A stretch of DNA of 64,000 nt, taken from positions 46,115,575 through 46,179,574 of the forward strand of contig NC_083425.1 in NCBI RefSeq assembly GCF_020745735.1, in the 5' to 3' direction. Shown here piece by piece: positions 23,951-37,856 of the stretch (the stretch's first letter is position 1; each line of letters starts with the position of its first letter). The translations under genes were made by a program, and so were the position numbers. The notes beneath the pieces were generated by a model. The model saw only the letters and a list, made by a program, of their open reading frames with translations, made no database searches and had not been told where the DNA came from. The stretch is from Hemiscyllium ocellatum (Eukaryota).

Positions 23951-26220
23951 TATACATCAAAAACACAATCAGTTGGTGCTCCCCATAATAAACTGGACAC
24001 ATTTTCTTGGGATAAGATATCTATATTTGAGCTTTTGGAATACTGGATGATATTTAACTGTTGGGGCACCTAATGGATTAAATGGCATTTTATGAGGCAT
24101 GAGTTCAACTGTTTAATGTGGGATCTCAGCCATATTCTAATGACAAAACATCAAATGAATTTGGCAAAATGGTTGAGCAACTCTTTAAGTGAAGAGCTGG
24201 GCTTTATTTTCCTTTTTTAATTGCAGGAAAACCTGGCTTTTGTTGAGATTCTCGGGTCCTGTGCTGTTGGTTGCTTAGCAACTCTTTCTGGTTTTGGTTT
24301 CTGCTTCAAACGTTAAGGGATTCAGAAAGAAATAAAACATCCAAAAGCTGTAGGTTTCTCCCTTTCTTGGTTGAAATATTTGTGAACTTGTTCGTTTTCA
24401 CAACATGGAATTTCAACTACTTTATAAACCCTGAGAAACTGAACTGTAATCACTTCCCAAAATCTTGGAGCCAGTGGGATTTCCACCCAGACTGAAGTCT
24501 TGCTTGGAAAACCTTCCATCAGTCATTGGCAGTTGATTTCATCGAGAAGAAACTCCATGACGATGAGCATTCATCAAATACTGTCCTCGTGTTTAAACCA
24601 TTTGGTCAGTAGGGTATTGTTGCTGTCAGCCTTTTTAAAATCTATTTCTGCAGAGTCTTCATCCTTTGTGTTATTTAAGTGTGTTTATGTTGGGAAGAAA
24701 AGAGGATCTGGGGCTGTAATTCTGGAACATAGTTTGTATTTTTTTTAAAGAACAGAATATGGCAATTAATTGAGCGAAAAGGTGGAGTGAATAGTTACCT
24801 CTGCACCCTGAATGCTATCAGTAAGAACAATGTCCAGGAGCTGTTCTTTCAGCAGCCAGTGTTTGCTAATGTACTCAGGCTTGTTGTTTTGCAATGACAT
24901 CTCTGAACAGGTTCATTTGGAAAATAAGTTAAAATGAAAAAATTAAATGGTCAATTTACATCTTATTTTCATGTTGTTTGACCTCCTGGTGTGCAGTTCC
25001 CTGCACTGAGTTGATGTTCAGATATAGCATGGGATCTGGGTAGAGCTACTAAAATTGAATTGCTCTTGGAAATTGGCTCGTAATTGGCCATTTAACATAT
25101 ATAATTGTCCTCCTGCCATATCTGCATAAGTTGCTGTCACTGCACAGAAGTTGCCTCCCTAAAAAGCAGGAGGAGGCAGCACCACTGGGAGAACTGGCAC
25201 AATGCATTTCTCTCAGATTGTAGTTCACTCCCCCGCCTCCAAATCCACCTCCTACCGCCTGGTAAAATTTTCCCATTGTGCTGGATCTATTCCAGTTCCA
25301 ACGATTGTATTATCTGTACAGCATGCAGTCAAACACCCACGCAGGCTAGGGAAGAATAATCATTGCTGACACAAGAGTAGAGGGTGATAATTCACCTTCA
25401 AATGATTGCACTTAGTTCTTATTGAAGCAGCTCTGAAATAGGGTGAATTAGATCTTCAGCTTGCTCAAAATAAAGACCAGGGAGATTATTTTTTTAAAAA
25501 TGCATGAAGGCATCTCCTGCTATGAGATACTGGTCCAATTCCTGATGCTGAATGTAAACATCAGAGAGCATCTTGACAGAAGGAAGAATCAAGATCTTCA
25601 ACAATCTGTATTAAGTTCACTGTTCAATCTATGGAAGCTGAGTTAGCTCTCGCCAGTTAACAACCACTGCAGAATAGGAAGATAATTTGACTGTCTTTGA
25701 CACTGATCCATCTAGTGCTGATTGGAGACTAAAACTTTAACGGTTATTGAGAAAGGTCTTTTTTCATTAAGAGATGAACAATGCACGAAGGATGCAAAAG
25801 TAACCATTTAATGATTTGAGTGGTTAAAAACAGTCACGGTTGTCTTGGGTTTATTAAGTTTGTCCAGGTACATTTTGTGACCCAGCTCCATGGCCGGTGG
25901 GACTTGAACCCAGCCCTCCTTGCTCAGAGATAGTTTGTTTTTATTCAGACTATTGGGAGCAAATGTTCTCCCTAATGGGTGAAGTGGAGAGATGAACAAT
26001 CAAGTTAATTGGTTTGATTTTTATCATTTTAATTAATTTATAGTCTGTCTGATCTTTTGAATGCAGGGTGCACTGTATATGAGCTTGTTGATCCAAGGAA
26101 GTAAATCAACAAGTCAAATTTGGGGAAATCTCACTACTGTTCCTCTTTTTTTATTATAGAATGCCAACAGAATATAGCACCAAATTATTCAAGTTCATTG
26201 CATGTTGCTTTTTATATAAC

Positions 26221-26405
26221 TCTATGGGCAATTTAGCATGACCAATTCATCTAACCTGCACATCTTTGGACTGTGGGAGGAAACCCATACAGACACGGGG
26301 AGAATGTGTAAACTCTACTCAGACAGTTGCCCAAGGCTGGAATCGAACCTGGGACCCTGATACTGTAAGGCAACAGAGCTAACCACTGAGCCACCATGCT
26401 GTCCA
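26221..26405 (-). mobile_element. HE1-type SINE (5' half)
   Basis: gggcaatttagcatgaccaattc...ggaatcgaacctggg (B-box)...gctaaccactgagcca (A-box). Confidence 0.9.
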
Positions 26406-28329
26406 CCATTTCTTAGATAAACTCAGCATTATACAATTTAATTTTAAATGATGCCAGAATCCATTCAAAGCATGTTGTATTTGTTTAAAACTTCAGTTTT
26501 CTATCAGAAAATAGAAATGGAGACATTTTGGTCGGTTGTTTTGCATGTGTTGCTTTAGCGTTGTAGATCCTAACAGATAGCTGATTGCAGTGACAACAAC
26601 AGGCCCAAGTGGGATGATGGAAACATTTACTTAAAAAACTAACATTTGTAATTAAAACTTGTAAATTGCATGAATAGTTCATTGGCAGATGGATACAAAT
26701 ACAGAAATGGAAGCATGCAATTCTTTCAGGTTAATTAAATAAAACAATAAACAAAAGGATTCGAATCCTTGTCTGTGGAAATACTTAATGTTTCCTATAA
26801 TCTGTGGTGTTTCCAATTAATTGATAAAATGGTCAGCTCCATCCAATTACTGGCTCTATTTATAATGAGTTAATTACCATGTTACTTTTTTGCTTAACAA
26901 GCTGAGTGATCTTCATGAGTAGAATGTGCTACAGGAGGGCAAGGCTATTTGTCTTGTGTGTAACATTTTAATACATTTCTCCCATGTTGGCAACACACAA
27001 TTCCCATTGTTACAACATGGAGATGAGCCTTTTCTGTTAGTGAAACCAAAAGCCCAGAAAAGGTCACCTTGCCTCGTAACCTGTTAAAACGAGTGACAGT
27101 GAACTCTAAATCTAAAGAAAATAACATCAATTCATTTTCTTACTCTAAAAGTGAGCATTAAACAAAAAATTCACACATCTAAGTCCCCCCCTTTCTCTCA
27201 ACTATTTACTCTGACTCCAACTCTTGAACAACATGCTGTTCCAATAAGACACTTACTAAAATTACATCGGCTTAATCTCAAAACCACACGGTCTCTGTCA
27301 TCTTCTGTATCTTCACTTTTCTGGCTAATGATCTCCCTGGGTCGTCATCTGTTTACCCTAAAAATATACTTTATTCTTAACGTTTGTTGAAGTACCTTAC
27401 AGAATACTTCCAGTTAAGTGGGACTGTCTCTTCAGGTTTGGGGGATTTAAACAAAAATTATGGGATAACAAATGCATTATTCTTGGTTATTAACCTTCCA
27501 AAGCATTGCATGATCAAGTGAGATTTTGCTAAATTCAATCATATACAACCTTCAGGTGCCCAGTTTGAGAATGTGGAATTGTCATTGTGGATTTTATCAT
27601 TATTTTCTATTGAATTTTGTTTACTTGACTTTCTCATGCCCATGTCAGCTTTGTTTTGTACTGATGATGGAAGAGGCACAGTTTTCTTGTCGGTAAAAGG
27701 AAAGGGATTTCAATTTGATACCGTCCACATTAAGGTCGGAAATTATGGAAGTAAAAATTTGATTCTAAGCAAGGATAGTGATCATGCAACCAGCTGGAGT
27801 GCTTGCTCGCCAATTCCACCTCACTAGACACAGGCTCACAAGGAACGATGCCAAGTTTTATATTGCTGATCTGTTACAAATTTCTGTTAAACAGAAATTA
27901 CTATGGGCTGGCAAAAAAAAAATTGCAACTCGCTATGCATTTGATAAACACATCCACCCATAACCCATACAAACTTTTTCTTAAGTAAAATAATTTGTAA
28001 ACTTGTGTTTGCATTTCTAATAGATAAAGTACTGGTTTTCCAAGTGAGGCGAATGTTTGTCTGCAAATACAAAAACTGTCCAAAGGGCCTCCTATGTTAA
28101 TGTCTCCAAGGCAATATAAAGGACAGCTTCTGAAAGGAACATAAGCTGTCACTGTAAAGATGTTTCATTGATATATTTATTTGTGTATAAGATATGTGGC
28201 ATTTATCCAAGCAGCCCATAGCTCTGTTTGTTCATGTTCTGTTCGGACCTCTCCAAACTCTCTCCTCTTTTATAAATCAAAATTTACTATTATAACCACC
28301 TTGTCCCATTGTCAGATGCTTAGCTTCCT

Positions 28330-28470
28330 TCCCATTTCCCTCCCTATAAGCACATGGACTGAAGCAGTTCAAAAGGCAGCTCACCACCACCTTCTGAAGG
28401 ACGACTAGGGATGGCCAATAAATGCTGGCCTAATCAGTGAAGCCAACATTGCACAAGTAAATAATGAAAG
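28330..28470 (+). mobile_element. 3' tail of CR1-like LINE
   Basis: gcagttcaaaaggcagctcaccaccaccttct..ggg..tagggatggccaataaatgctggcc. Confidence 0.65.
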
Positions 28471-28489
28471 AAAAAATTGCCCTTCAAAG

Positions 28490-28832
28490 CAGCATGGTGG
28501 CTCAGTGGTTAGCATTGCTGCCTCACAGCACCAGGGTCCCAGGTTCAATTCCAGCCACTGGTGACTGTCCATGTGGAGTTTGCACATTCTCCCCATGTCT
28601 CTGTGGATTTCCTCCGGGTGCTCCAGCTTCCTCCCACAAATCAAAGATCTGCAGGTTAGGTGAATTGGCCATGGGAAATTGCCTATAGTGACGAGGGATC
28701 TGTAGGTTAGGTGCATTAGTCAGGGGTAAATGTAGAGTAATAGGATAGGGGGAATGTGTCTGGATGGGTTACTCTTTGGAGGGTCAGTGTGGACCTTTTG
28801 AATCAAATGGCCAGTTTCCACACTATAGGGAT
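28490..28832 (+). mobile_element. HE1-type SINE, full length
   Basis: tggctcagtggttagc (A-box), ggttcaattcc (B-box), conserved core, ttccacactatagggatt tail. Confidence 0.92.
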
Positions 28833-29357
28833 TATATATTTCTATGAAAGTATCAAGAGACAGCCGCATGGTGCAAGTGAAATCCAATAGTAGAAGTGGC
28901 TTATTCTGTTGAACAATAATGGGACAGTTTTCAGTTGCAATCCAACAGCATTAATCAGTTCTGGTGGCTTCTGACAAATTATTAGCTTTATTGAATTCAT
29001 TTTTGTAGGATTAAGTTTTTGGAGTTTGAGTTTGTAACCTACCTTAAACTGCTTAGATCAAAGGATTTTGTAAAACTCAAAGCATAATTCTCTCTCTTTG
29101 GCCCTTGGGTCTTTGCACTGAACTAGAACACGTGGAATTAAATCCCCCGCACCAGAGATAATTCCACTTAATGATTTGCTAAACCTAAATCTTAGATCAT
29201 ATTAAAGTCAATTTTTTGTTTTTGTCGCAAGAGAATTTTTCCCATCAAGAATCTATGTTGTAAAGTGATCTGAAAAAGACATAGGCTTAAAAGTACAAAC
29301 TTATGATAGACCCTGAGCATCACTCCAGAGTAGTTACAAACTAGATCAATATTAAAA

Positions 29358-30165
29358 CTTAGAATGGTTCAGTTCAGGAACAGGTCATTTAGCATACCAT
29401 ATCTTAGCCTCCGATACTCAAGTAAAACCAATCCAAGTTTGCCACCCTCTCCTCTATAGCCAGTACACTCCAATCTAGGAATATCACGGTGAACTTTTCT
29501 TCTCCAAAGCCTCCACATCCTTCCTAAACTGTAGTGACCAGAACTCCAAATGTGGCTTTACAAAAATCTTATACAGTTTCAATATGACTTGCCAATTTTC
29601 ATACTTAATGCTCCAACTAATGAAGGCAAGTGTGCCGTATGCCTTCTCTACCACCTTTATCTACTAGCATTGCCACTTTCAGGGAGTTCTGAACTTGGAC
29701 CCAAAGATCCCTCCGTATATCAATGCTGATAAAGGTCCTGCCATTTACTGTATATTTTCTTGTTGTATTTGACCTCCAAAAATGCAACATCTCACACTTG
29801 ACTGGATTAAACTCCATTTGCCATTTCAAGGCCCAACTTTCCAGCTGATCTATATTTTGCTGTGTCTCTTGGGAAAATTTGTTATTCTCCACAACTCCTC
29901 CAACTTTCATGTCATCTGCAGACTGACTGACTATAAAACCACCATATAATCCTAAGCATTGTAATGTATTACAGGGGTCCCAGCACTGATTCTTGCAGAA
30001 CACCTTGCCGAACACCAATGCAAAGTACTCATTAAGGACTGCACTCATTTCCTCTGGCTTCACACACTAAATTTTCTGCTTTATCCTTGAGTGCTCTACC
30101 CTTTCCCTGGCTACCCTCTTGCTCCTAAGGCATGTATAAAATGCCTTGGGAATTTTCCCTTCTAA
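29358..30165 (-). mobile_element. CR1 LINE with large internal deletions
   Basis: ORF 29617-30063 joins EMSAVLNEYFALVF almost directly to SADDMKVGGVV..KWQMEFNPVKC, skipping most of the RT core. Confidence 0.85.
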
Positions 30166-30189
30166 CCCACCTGGTTTTAAAAAACATTT

Positions 30190-30422
30190 TACTGCTGTGG
30201 GTGGTGTGTATGTGGAATGAGCTGCCAGAGGAAGTGGTGGAGGCTAGTACAATTGCAACATTTAAAAGGCATCTGGATGGCTATATGAATAGGAAGGGTT
30301 TAGAGGGATATGGGCTGGGTGCTGCCATTTGGGACTAGATTAGGTTGCGACATCTGATCGGCATGGATGAGTTGGACCAAAGGGTCTGTTTCCATGGTGT
30401 ACATCTTTGACTCTATGACACT
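30190..30422 (+). mobile_element. CR1 3' end
   Basis: WNELPEEVVEASTIATFKRHLDGYMNRKGLEGYG and gactctatgac tail. Confidence 0.9.
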
Positions 30423-30746
30423 CAATTCTTGGGTTAAAAATACCCATGCTCAGTCATGTTCACTGTTTTGTGAAAATTACTGATTGTACCATTTTCTGGA
30501 AATGCTGTTCACAGGTGATGTAAGACTTTACAGGTGCCTGACCTGAGGATTTCTAGCATGTTTGTGGTTTCTATTTTTGAATATCCAGTATCACAGTATT
30601 TTGTGGTTGATTTAGTCATCCCATTTCCTTATTAATATTATGCCAAATATTAATGAACAATGAAGGCTGATAACTCATTGTTGAAGAACTAAAGTTGCGT
30701 AATATTTCTCAGAATTTCTTCCGTTCCCCCATCTAATTTACCTTTC

Positions 30747-33665
30747 AGAGTCATAGAGATGTACAATACAGAAACAGACCCTTTGGTCCAACTCGTCCAT
30801 GCTGACCAGATATCCTAAATCAATCTGGTCCCATTTGCTAGCCTTTGGCTTACAGCCCTCCAAACCCTTCCTATTCAGATGCCTTTTAAATGTTGTAACT
30901 GTACCAGTCTCCTCCACTTCCTCTGGCAGTTCGTTCCATACATGCATCACCTTCTGTGTGAAAAAGTATCCCTTTCACCCCCTTTTAAATCTTCCCCTTT
31001 CTCCCTAAACCTATGCTGTCTAGTCTATGGATTCCTCTGCCCCAGGGAAAAGATCTTGTCTATTTACCTTATCCATGCCCCTCGTGATTTTATAAATTTC
31101 TATAAGGTCACCCCTCAGCCTCCAGTGCTCCAGGAAAACATGCCCAGCCTAATCGGGCTCTCCCTATAACTCAAACCTTTCAACCCTGGCAACATCCTTG
31201 TAAATAGTTTCTGAATCCTTTCAGGTTTCACAATATCTTTCCTAAAGCAGGGAGGTCAGAGTTGAAAGCTATATTCCAAAAATAGCCTCATCAACGTCTT
31301 TTAAAGCCACAACATGACCTCCAACTCCTATACTCAATGCACTGACCAACAAAGGCAAGAGTACCAAACTCATTCACTATTTTATCTACCTATGATTCCA
31401 CCTTCAAGGAACTCTGAACCTGCACTCCAGGGTCTCTTTGTTCAGCAGCACTCCCCAGGACCTTGTCATTAAGTGTATAAGTCCTGCTTTGATTTGCCTT
31501 TCCAAAATGCAGTGTCAACGTTTTATCTAAATTAAACTCCATCTGCTGCCACTTGGTCTATTGGTCCATTTGATCAAGATCCCATTGTACTCTGAGGTAA
31601 TCATCTTAGCTGTCGACTGCACCTCCAAGTTTGACATCTGCAAACTTACTAACTATACCTCCCATGTTCTCATCAAAATTATTTGTATAAATGACGAAAA
31701 GCAGTGGATCCCGCATTAATCCTTGTGGCAGAACTGGTCACAGAACTGTAGACTCAATAGCAACTATTCATCATCACCCCCTGTCTTTTACCTTCGAGCC
31801 AGTTTTATATCCAAATGGCTGCTACTTGTATTCCATGTGATCTAACCTTGCTAACCAAGATTAGATCACATGAGGAACCTTGTCAAATGCTTACTCCATA
31901 TAGATCACCTCCACCACTCTGCCCTCATCAATCCTCTTACTTATTCAAAAAGCTCAATCAAGTTTGTGAGCCACTATTTCCCACGCACAAAGCCATGTTG
32001 CCTATCCCTAATCAGTCCTTGCCTTTCCAAACACATGTATACCCTGTCCCTTAGGATTCCCTCCAACAATCTGCCCACCACTGATATCAGGCTCACTGGT
32101 CTATAGTTCCCTGGATTTTCCTTATCACCACTCTTAAATAGTGGCACCACATTCGCCAGCTTGCAGTCTTCTAGCACCTCACCTGTGACCATCAATGATC
32201 CAAATATCTCAGCAAGGGGCCCAGCAATCACCTCCCCACCATCCCACAGAGTTCTAGGGTGCACCTGATCAGGTCCTGGGGACTTATCTAGCTTTCTACA
32301 TTTTAAGACATGTAGCGTCATCATGTAAGGTGGACATTGTTCAAGATGTTGCTATTTATTTCCCCATGTTATGTATCTTCCTTGTCCTTCTCCACAGTAA
32401 ACACTACTGTAAAATGCTCGTTTAGTATTTTCCCCATCCCTGTAGTTCCCCACATAGGTGGCACTCTTCTTTCCCTAGTTACTCTTTTGTCCTTAATGTA
32501 GTTATAAAGCCCCTTTTGGATTCTCCTCGACCTTATTTGGCAAAGTTATCTCATGCCCCCTTTCTGTCCTCCTGATTTTTCCTCCAGTGTACTCCTACTG
32601 CTGTTACACTCTGAGGAGTCACTCGATCTCTGCTGTCTCTACCTGACACATGCTTTCTTCTTTCTCTTGACAAAGACCTCCAATCTCAATTTCTCCAGTC
32701 ATCCTGCATTTCCTATACCTACCAGCCTTGTCTTTCATCCTACAAGGGGCTGGGATCTAGTTATTTCATTTTTGAATGGTTCCCATTTTCCAACCACCTT
32801 TTTTTTTACTTGCAAACATTTGCCCCCAACCAACGTTTGGAAGTTCTTGCCTAATATTGTCAAAATTGGCCTTCCTCTATTTTAACTTCTAGATCAGGTC
32901 TGTCCTTTTCCATCATTGTTTTAATCCTAATAGAATTATGATTGCCCCAAAGTGCTTCCCCACTGATACCTCAGTCATCTGCCCTGCCTTATTTCCCAAG
33001 AATATGACATGTTTTGCAACTTTTGTGGTAGTTACATCCACATACTGAAGGAATCAGAAAATTCTCTTATACACATTTAACAAATTCCTCCCCATCCAAG
33101 CCATTTACACTTTTTTGAAAGTTAAAATCCCCTATCACCTTATTATTCTTAGAGATACAAATTTTGTTTCTCGATTTTCCACTGACTATTGGGGAGTTTA
33201 TTATACAATCCCAATAAGGTGATCATCCCTTTATTTCTAAGTTCCACCCAAATGGATGGACATAATCCTTAGAAATATCCCCTCTCAGTACAGCTATAAC
33301 ATTATCCATAATCAAAAACACCATTTCCCCCCTCCTCTCTTGCACCCCAACATTTCTATCCTTCCTGGAGCATCTATGCCCTGGAACATTAAACTGCAGT
33401 CCTGTCCATCGCTGAGCCATGTTTCTATGGTATGCCAGTCTCATGTTCCCAACCAATCCCTGAGTTAATCTGCCATCCCTGTTAGGCTGCTTGCATCAAA
33501 ATAAGTGCAGGCTAATTTATTTCAGTCCTACTTTGTTTTCTGCTTTGTTCCTGCCTACTGCTTTTTCCAATCATAGCAGTCTCAGACTGATCTCTTTCCT
33601 CACTATTTCCTTAGCTTCCCCAGTTTAAATCTTCCCAAGCAGCTCTAGCAAATCTCTCTGGCAGT
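30747..33665 (-). mobile_element. Decayed CR1 ORF2 (~2.9 kb; endonuclease to 3' UTR)
   Basis: KSPGPD..NVVPLFK..NYRPVSLISVVGRLLE..QHGF (31974-32324); endonuclease-like FNVPGHRCSRKDR (33223-33456); many frameshifts. Confidence 0.92.
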
Positions 33666-34759
33666 ATATTATTTTATATTTCTTTCAAATTTGCATTAAC
33701 TCACAACCTTCGTTCTTCCTCCAATTATTTCTTAGTGTTTTAATTTGTGGTTACAAATTCTTTGTCTCATTATTCACTAAGTTCCAAGGTGCCCTGTTAT
33801 TCTTATTGTTGTATTATCATTGCTAACTCAACTAACACTGTGAACAGTGATGTGCAGAATAGTGTCGGAGTAAATATGCCTAGAGATGCATTGTTGCAAC
33901 AAATTATAGATCAATAAATCATACATTCCTACACTATAACTATGGTTTTGCTTCAAAAGCATCTTATTAGCATTGGAATATGGCAAGCTTATGAAAGATA
34001 TATTACATTTGCTTTGTCATCATAAATTTCAAAATGTGTAAAATGCAATAAATCCAAGTGAATTCTTGTATTATAGAATTGGCCTTTTTTTTTGATAATT
34101 GATCCCTAACTTCTACTTTGCCTATTTTTAAGGAAAGGCCGTTCTTTGTATAATAGAATTAAGATCCTCTCAGACAGATGGGACACTTTAAATGTTGGCT
34201 CAGTGTAGTGAAATGTTAAACTGGTGTTGATCGCAATTGATGCAATTCATTTGCCATCTACCCATCATTTCCACGTGTGGACAACGTGGAAGAGGTTGTA
34301 TAAATATTCTAGAAGGTAATTTAAAAAGTGCTCATTTTATTTTAAGAAAGAAGTTTCTGTATTTCTAGACTGGTAATTTGAAATTCTGATTTCTGTTGGT
34401 AACTTTCAAGCTCAGTGTGAATCAGAAATTGGCAGATTGGAAGGTCCTTTAGAGCTGTTTGTTTTGGCTTTGCTGATCTCAGCCTGGGAAATGTTAGGCA
34501 CATTAAGTCACCTTTTGGAGTTTTGGGGTTTGGTCAATTACTGTTATTCAGTTAGTGGTAATCAACCTTCCACTTGTAGTTTACATAAAAAAAAGTTTTA
34601 ATCCTCAGACATCATAACACAGAACATAATGTAATTTGACTGTTCATTTGGGGTCTCTTAAGGTTGTTGATATTAATTGCACCATGGACAGTTTGCAGTG
34701 GACCAGTTCGCTATTAAATCCTTCCTGGAATATGCTACGGTAAAACAATTTATTCACTA

Positions 34760-35090
34760 CAGCGGTGATGTCACTGGACATGTAATTCCAAAACTTCAGA
34801 CTAATGTTCTGGAGACATGAGTGAAATTTGAATTCAATTAAAAAACAATCTCAAATAAAAAGCTGGACTGCTGTAAACACTGTCAATTGTCATAAAACTC
34901 TATTTGATTGACTCATGTCCTTTTAATGGAGGAAATCTACTGTCCTTTCCAGGTTGGACCTACGTGTGACTGCAGAACCATAATATAGTCAACTCCCAAT
35001 TCACATTTGGGTAATTAGGGATGGGTCCATCAACATTACAAATGCTGGTCGAGCCAGCATTGTCCTCATCCCATGGACTAGGAAAAAGAT
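34760..35090 (+). mobile_element. Second-family tRNA SINE
   Basis: gtcactggac..taat..gtgaaatttgaattcaat...ggaggaaatct...cctacgtgtgact...gggtaattagggatggg...aaatgctgg tail. Confidence 0.7.
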
Positions 35091-35319
35091 TGCATTCACT
35101 TCTGCTGAAGATCCATCAGAATCTGACTGCTAACATTGTTAATTGCTTCAAGCACAAATTAAGTCCACTTCCTGTCCTTATTTTTATGGAAGAGCAGTTG
35201 GATGGGACTTTATGTATCTAAACATATACTGTCAGAGGTCGCAACCTCCTATGTTGGCTGAAAAGGCCATCTTCTATTGAGTCGTGAGGTTTGAGTATCA
35301 GCAAAATTGAAATTCTTTC

Positions 35320-35520
35320 TAAAATAAAAACAGGAAATGCTGGAGTAACTCAACAACTCTGTGAAGAGAGAAGTAGACTTAATGTTTCAACTCCAAAGTG
35401 ACTCTTTAGAGCTATTTAAGTCATTTTGAACGTGAAATGTTAACCCTTTTTCTTTCTCCACAAATGCTTCCAGTCAGGTTGAGTTCCTGCAGCATTTGAT
35501 GTTATTTACAGGTGCTGGGA
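35320..35520. mobile_element. Old Penelope-derived hairpin element
   Basis: aaatgctggagtaactcaac inverted as gttgagttcctgcagcattt; centre has aatgtttca / tgaaatgttaa. Confidence 0.65.
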
Positions 35521-36556
35521 ATCTGAGTATTATGCCTTTGTTATATACCTCTTTATATTGGCCTATGAATTAAATTGAGAGTTGTATCTTAGAAAGAGGA
35601 TGAACAGCACTCTGTGTCTCCATTTCAATCACCACATTTGTTGGCCTTTTTCATGCAGTGCAGTTAGCCGTATCCAAGTCATTTACAGTTGGTTTACTAA
35701 TACTCAAAAGCAGTAATATATATACATTTAGAACCACAGAGGCAACAAATAAACAGAATGGGCTTTTGAGTTAGCTTAAAACCTATATATAGATCCATAT
35801 CGGTTTCTTAGAAAATGTCATTTTCTGATTTTAGGACTTCAGTTGTTCTCATTCTGCGTTATTATCCCAACATGCCACTCTTCATTTACCCCTAGTGTAG
35901 CCAAGAATGAATGTTATATGGACAGATCTTATATGATCTGATACAAGTGCAGAGGTAGAGGGAGTTTTGTTTGGCACCAGTTTCCTGATATAATTGGTGT
36001 GTAACTGGAACTCTTTGACCCCAGCTACTTCCCAACTAACAATCAACACGCAAGATATTGAATTAATTCCATGTCGTCAATTGTCAATTCAGAGTACACT
36101 ACAGAATAGTCTTCACTCTGCTTGGTTTTTTTTTTAAGATTGTATCTTTGTTGACAGCCTCCAGAGCAAATTTAAGAATTGTTTGCTTGGCACCTCTGAA
36201 CTTGTGTACAGCATAGATGATACATCAATGCTCAGACAGAAGCCAATTCAGAAAGGGGCCACACATTAGGTCCTTAACTGTACACGTGATGAGCCTAATT
36301 TGTCTTTCAGACAAGCACTTGGAGAACAAGCAGGGCACCAAAACCTATGGCATGTAATCTAAACCTGATCTCGAATGTGTACTAGCTCCTAGAGCACCCT
36401 TTATTTGCCTTTTTATTTACCTGAGCCTATAGGTGCTTTGAGAGCTAATTTCTGGGGTCAACTATCTGATGCCCATACTTTGTTTTAATCTTTGTGTTTC
36501 TTATTTATTTTTTGACTGCTCTTTCACCTTTTTTGAAGTAGAGCATTTGTATTTTG

Positions 36557-36744
36557 CAGGCGAAAGTGAGGCCTGAAGATGCTGGAGATCAGAATTGTGT
36601 GTGGGGTGCTGGAAAAGCACAGCTGGTCAGGCAGCATCTGAGGAGCAGAAATTCCTGATGAAGGGCTTTTGCCCAAAATGTTGATCCTCATGCTCCTTGG
36701 ATGCAGCCTGACCTGCTGTGCATTTCCAGCACCACACACTCGAA
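36557..36744. mobile_element. Penelope-derived hairpin element with hammerhead motif
   Basis: gtgctggaaaagcacagctggtcaggcagcatc inverted as gatgcagcctgacctgctgtgcatttccagcac; centre attcctgatgaagggcttttgcccaaaatgtt; tgtattttg at 36548-36556 and 36745-36753. Confidence 0.85.
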
Positions 36745-37856
36745 TGTATTTTGTGTCTGCAGCTGTGTTCGCTTTATGAATTTCTCATTGAACCTGCAAC
36801 CACCTCGTCCACATGTTTCTGTATCTTTCTGCATTTCTCCCACCCAGCACACAAGGGCAGCATTTGGGGCTCCATATCACTGCCATCTCTATGTCAGACA
36901 GATTAAAAGCACCGTCCTCTACTATTCCTGCTATCTCCCATATCTCTGCTTTAAATAAATACCTATGCAAATTTCACCTGTAAATATATCAAAAATCTCT
37001 GCCACAACCGAAGCATTGGAGGCTCCCGCTACCTTCCATGTAGTGAAATTACTCCTAACCTCTCCCTCTCTCAGAAACTGTTTTAAATTGATAATTCTCT
37101 CATCACTGATCCTTCTATATATTGTTTAAAAACCTCTTTCCAGCCTCCTCCTCCTCCTCTCATTTACTACTCACTTGGTTCCATACCATCTCTGAACCAC
37201 ATGGTTGCTGTTTCGAGGTCCACTCATTGCTTCAGCACCAAAATCTGACACCCCAGTCCTGCTGTTGTGAAAAGTATTGTCATTCAAATAAGATGTTAAA
37301 CTAAGGAGTCATCTCCTGCAGTTTATTCCTCCAACAGGGTATTTTATCTGATTGGATGACACTATATATACTTGTATATAGACTGATCCCCTGTATAAGT
37401 CAATCCCTTATTTTGGCCAAAATAATCTTGTATTTTCCCTACATATCTTGTGTATAAATCGACCCTACTGTATCGCATTTTATCTGTTACAAAGGAAACT
37501 GCATGTTCCGATTAACTCACTTAAATGAAATTGCATTCATTCATACTGCAACTCAACTCATTGCTCATAGTTTACTATATTTCATCTCTATTCATTCATA
37601 AATAACTCTATTTACTGCACTTGGTTTACTACAGCATATTTTGATTCATTCAGACCGGTCCTATCGGTACATATCACACTTTGTTCACTATACATCCAAA
37701 AGTTAATATTGTTAAAAAGTTGATCATTTTAATTGTGCCATTATGTCTGAATAAAAGTGAGACCAATTAACTACATACTGGTATATCCATAATTTTTTGA
37801 CAATTGTGTTAATGTTAAGGTTCATAACATATGGGAGTAAATGGGAGGGAAATAGA

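Noticed and set aside
28490-28560. tRNA genes suggested by A/B boxes
   Set aside because: They are SINE heads followed by HE1 body sequence; no cloverleaf
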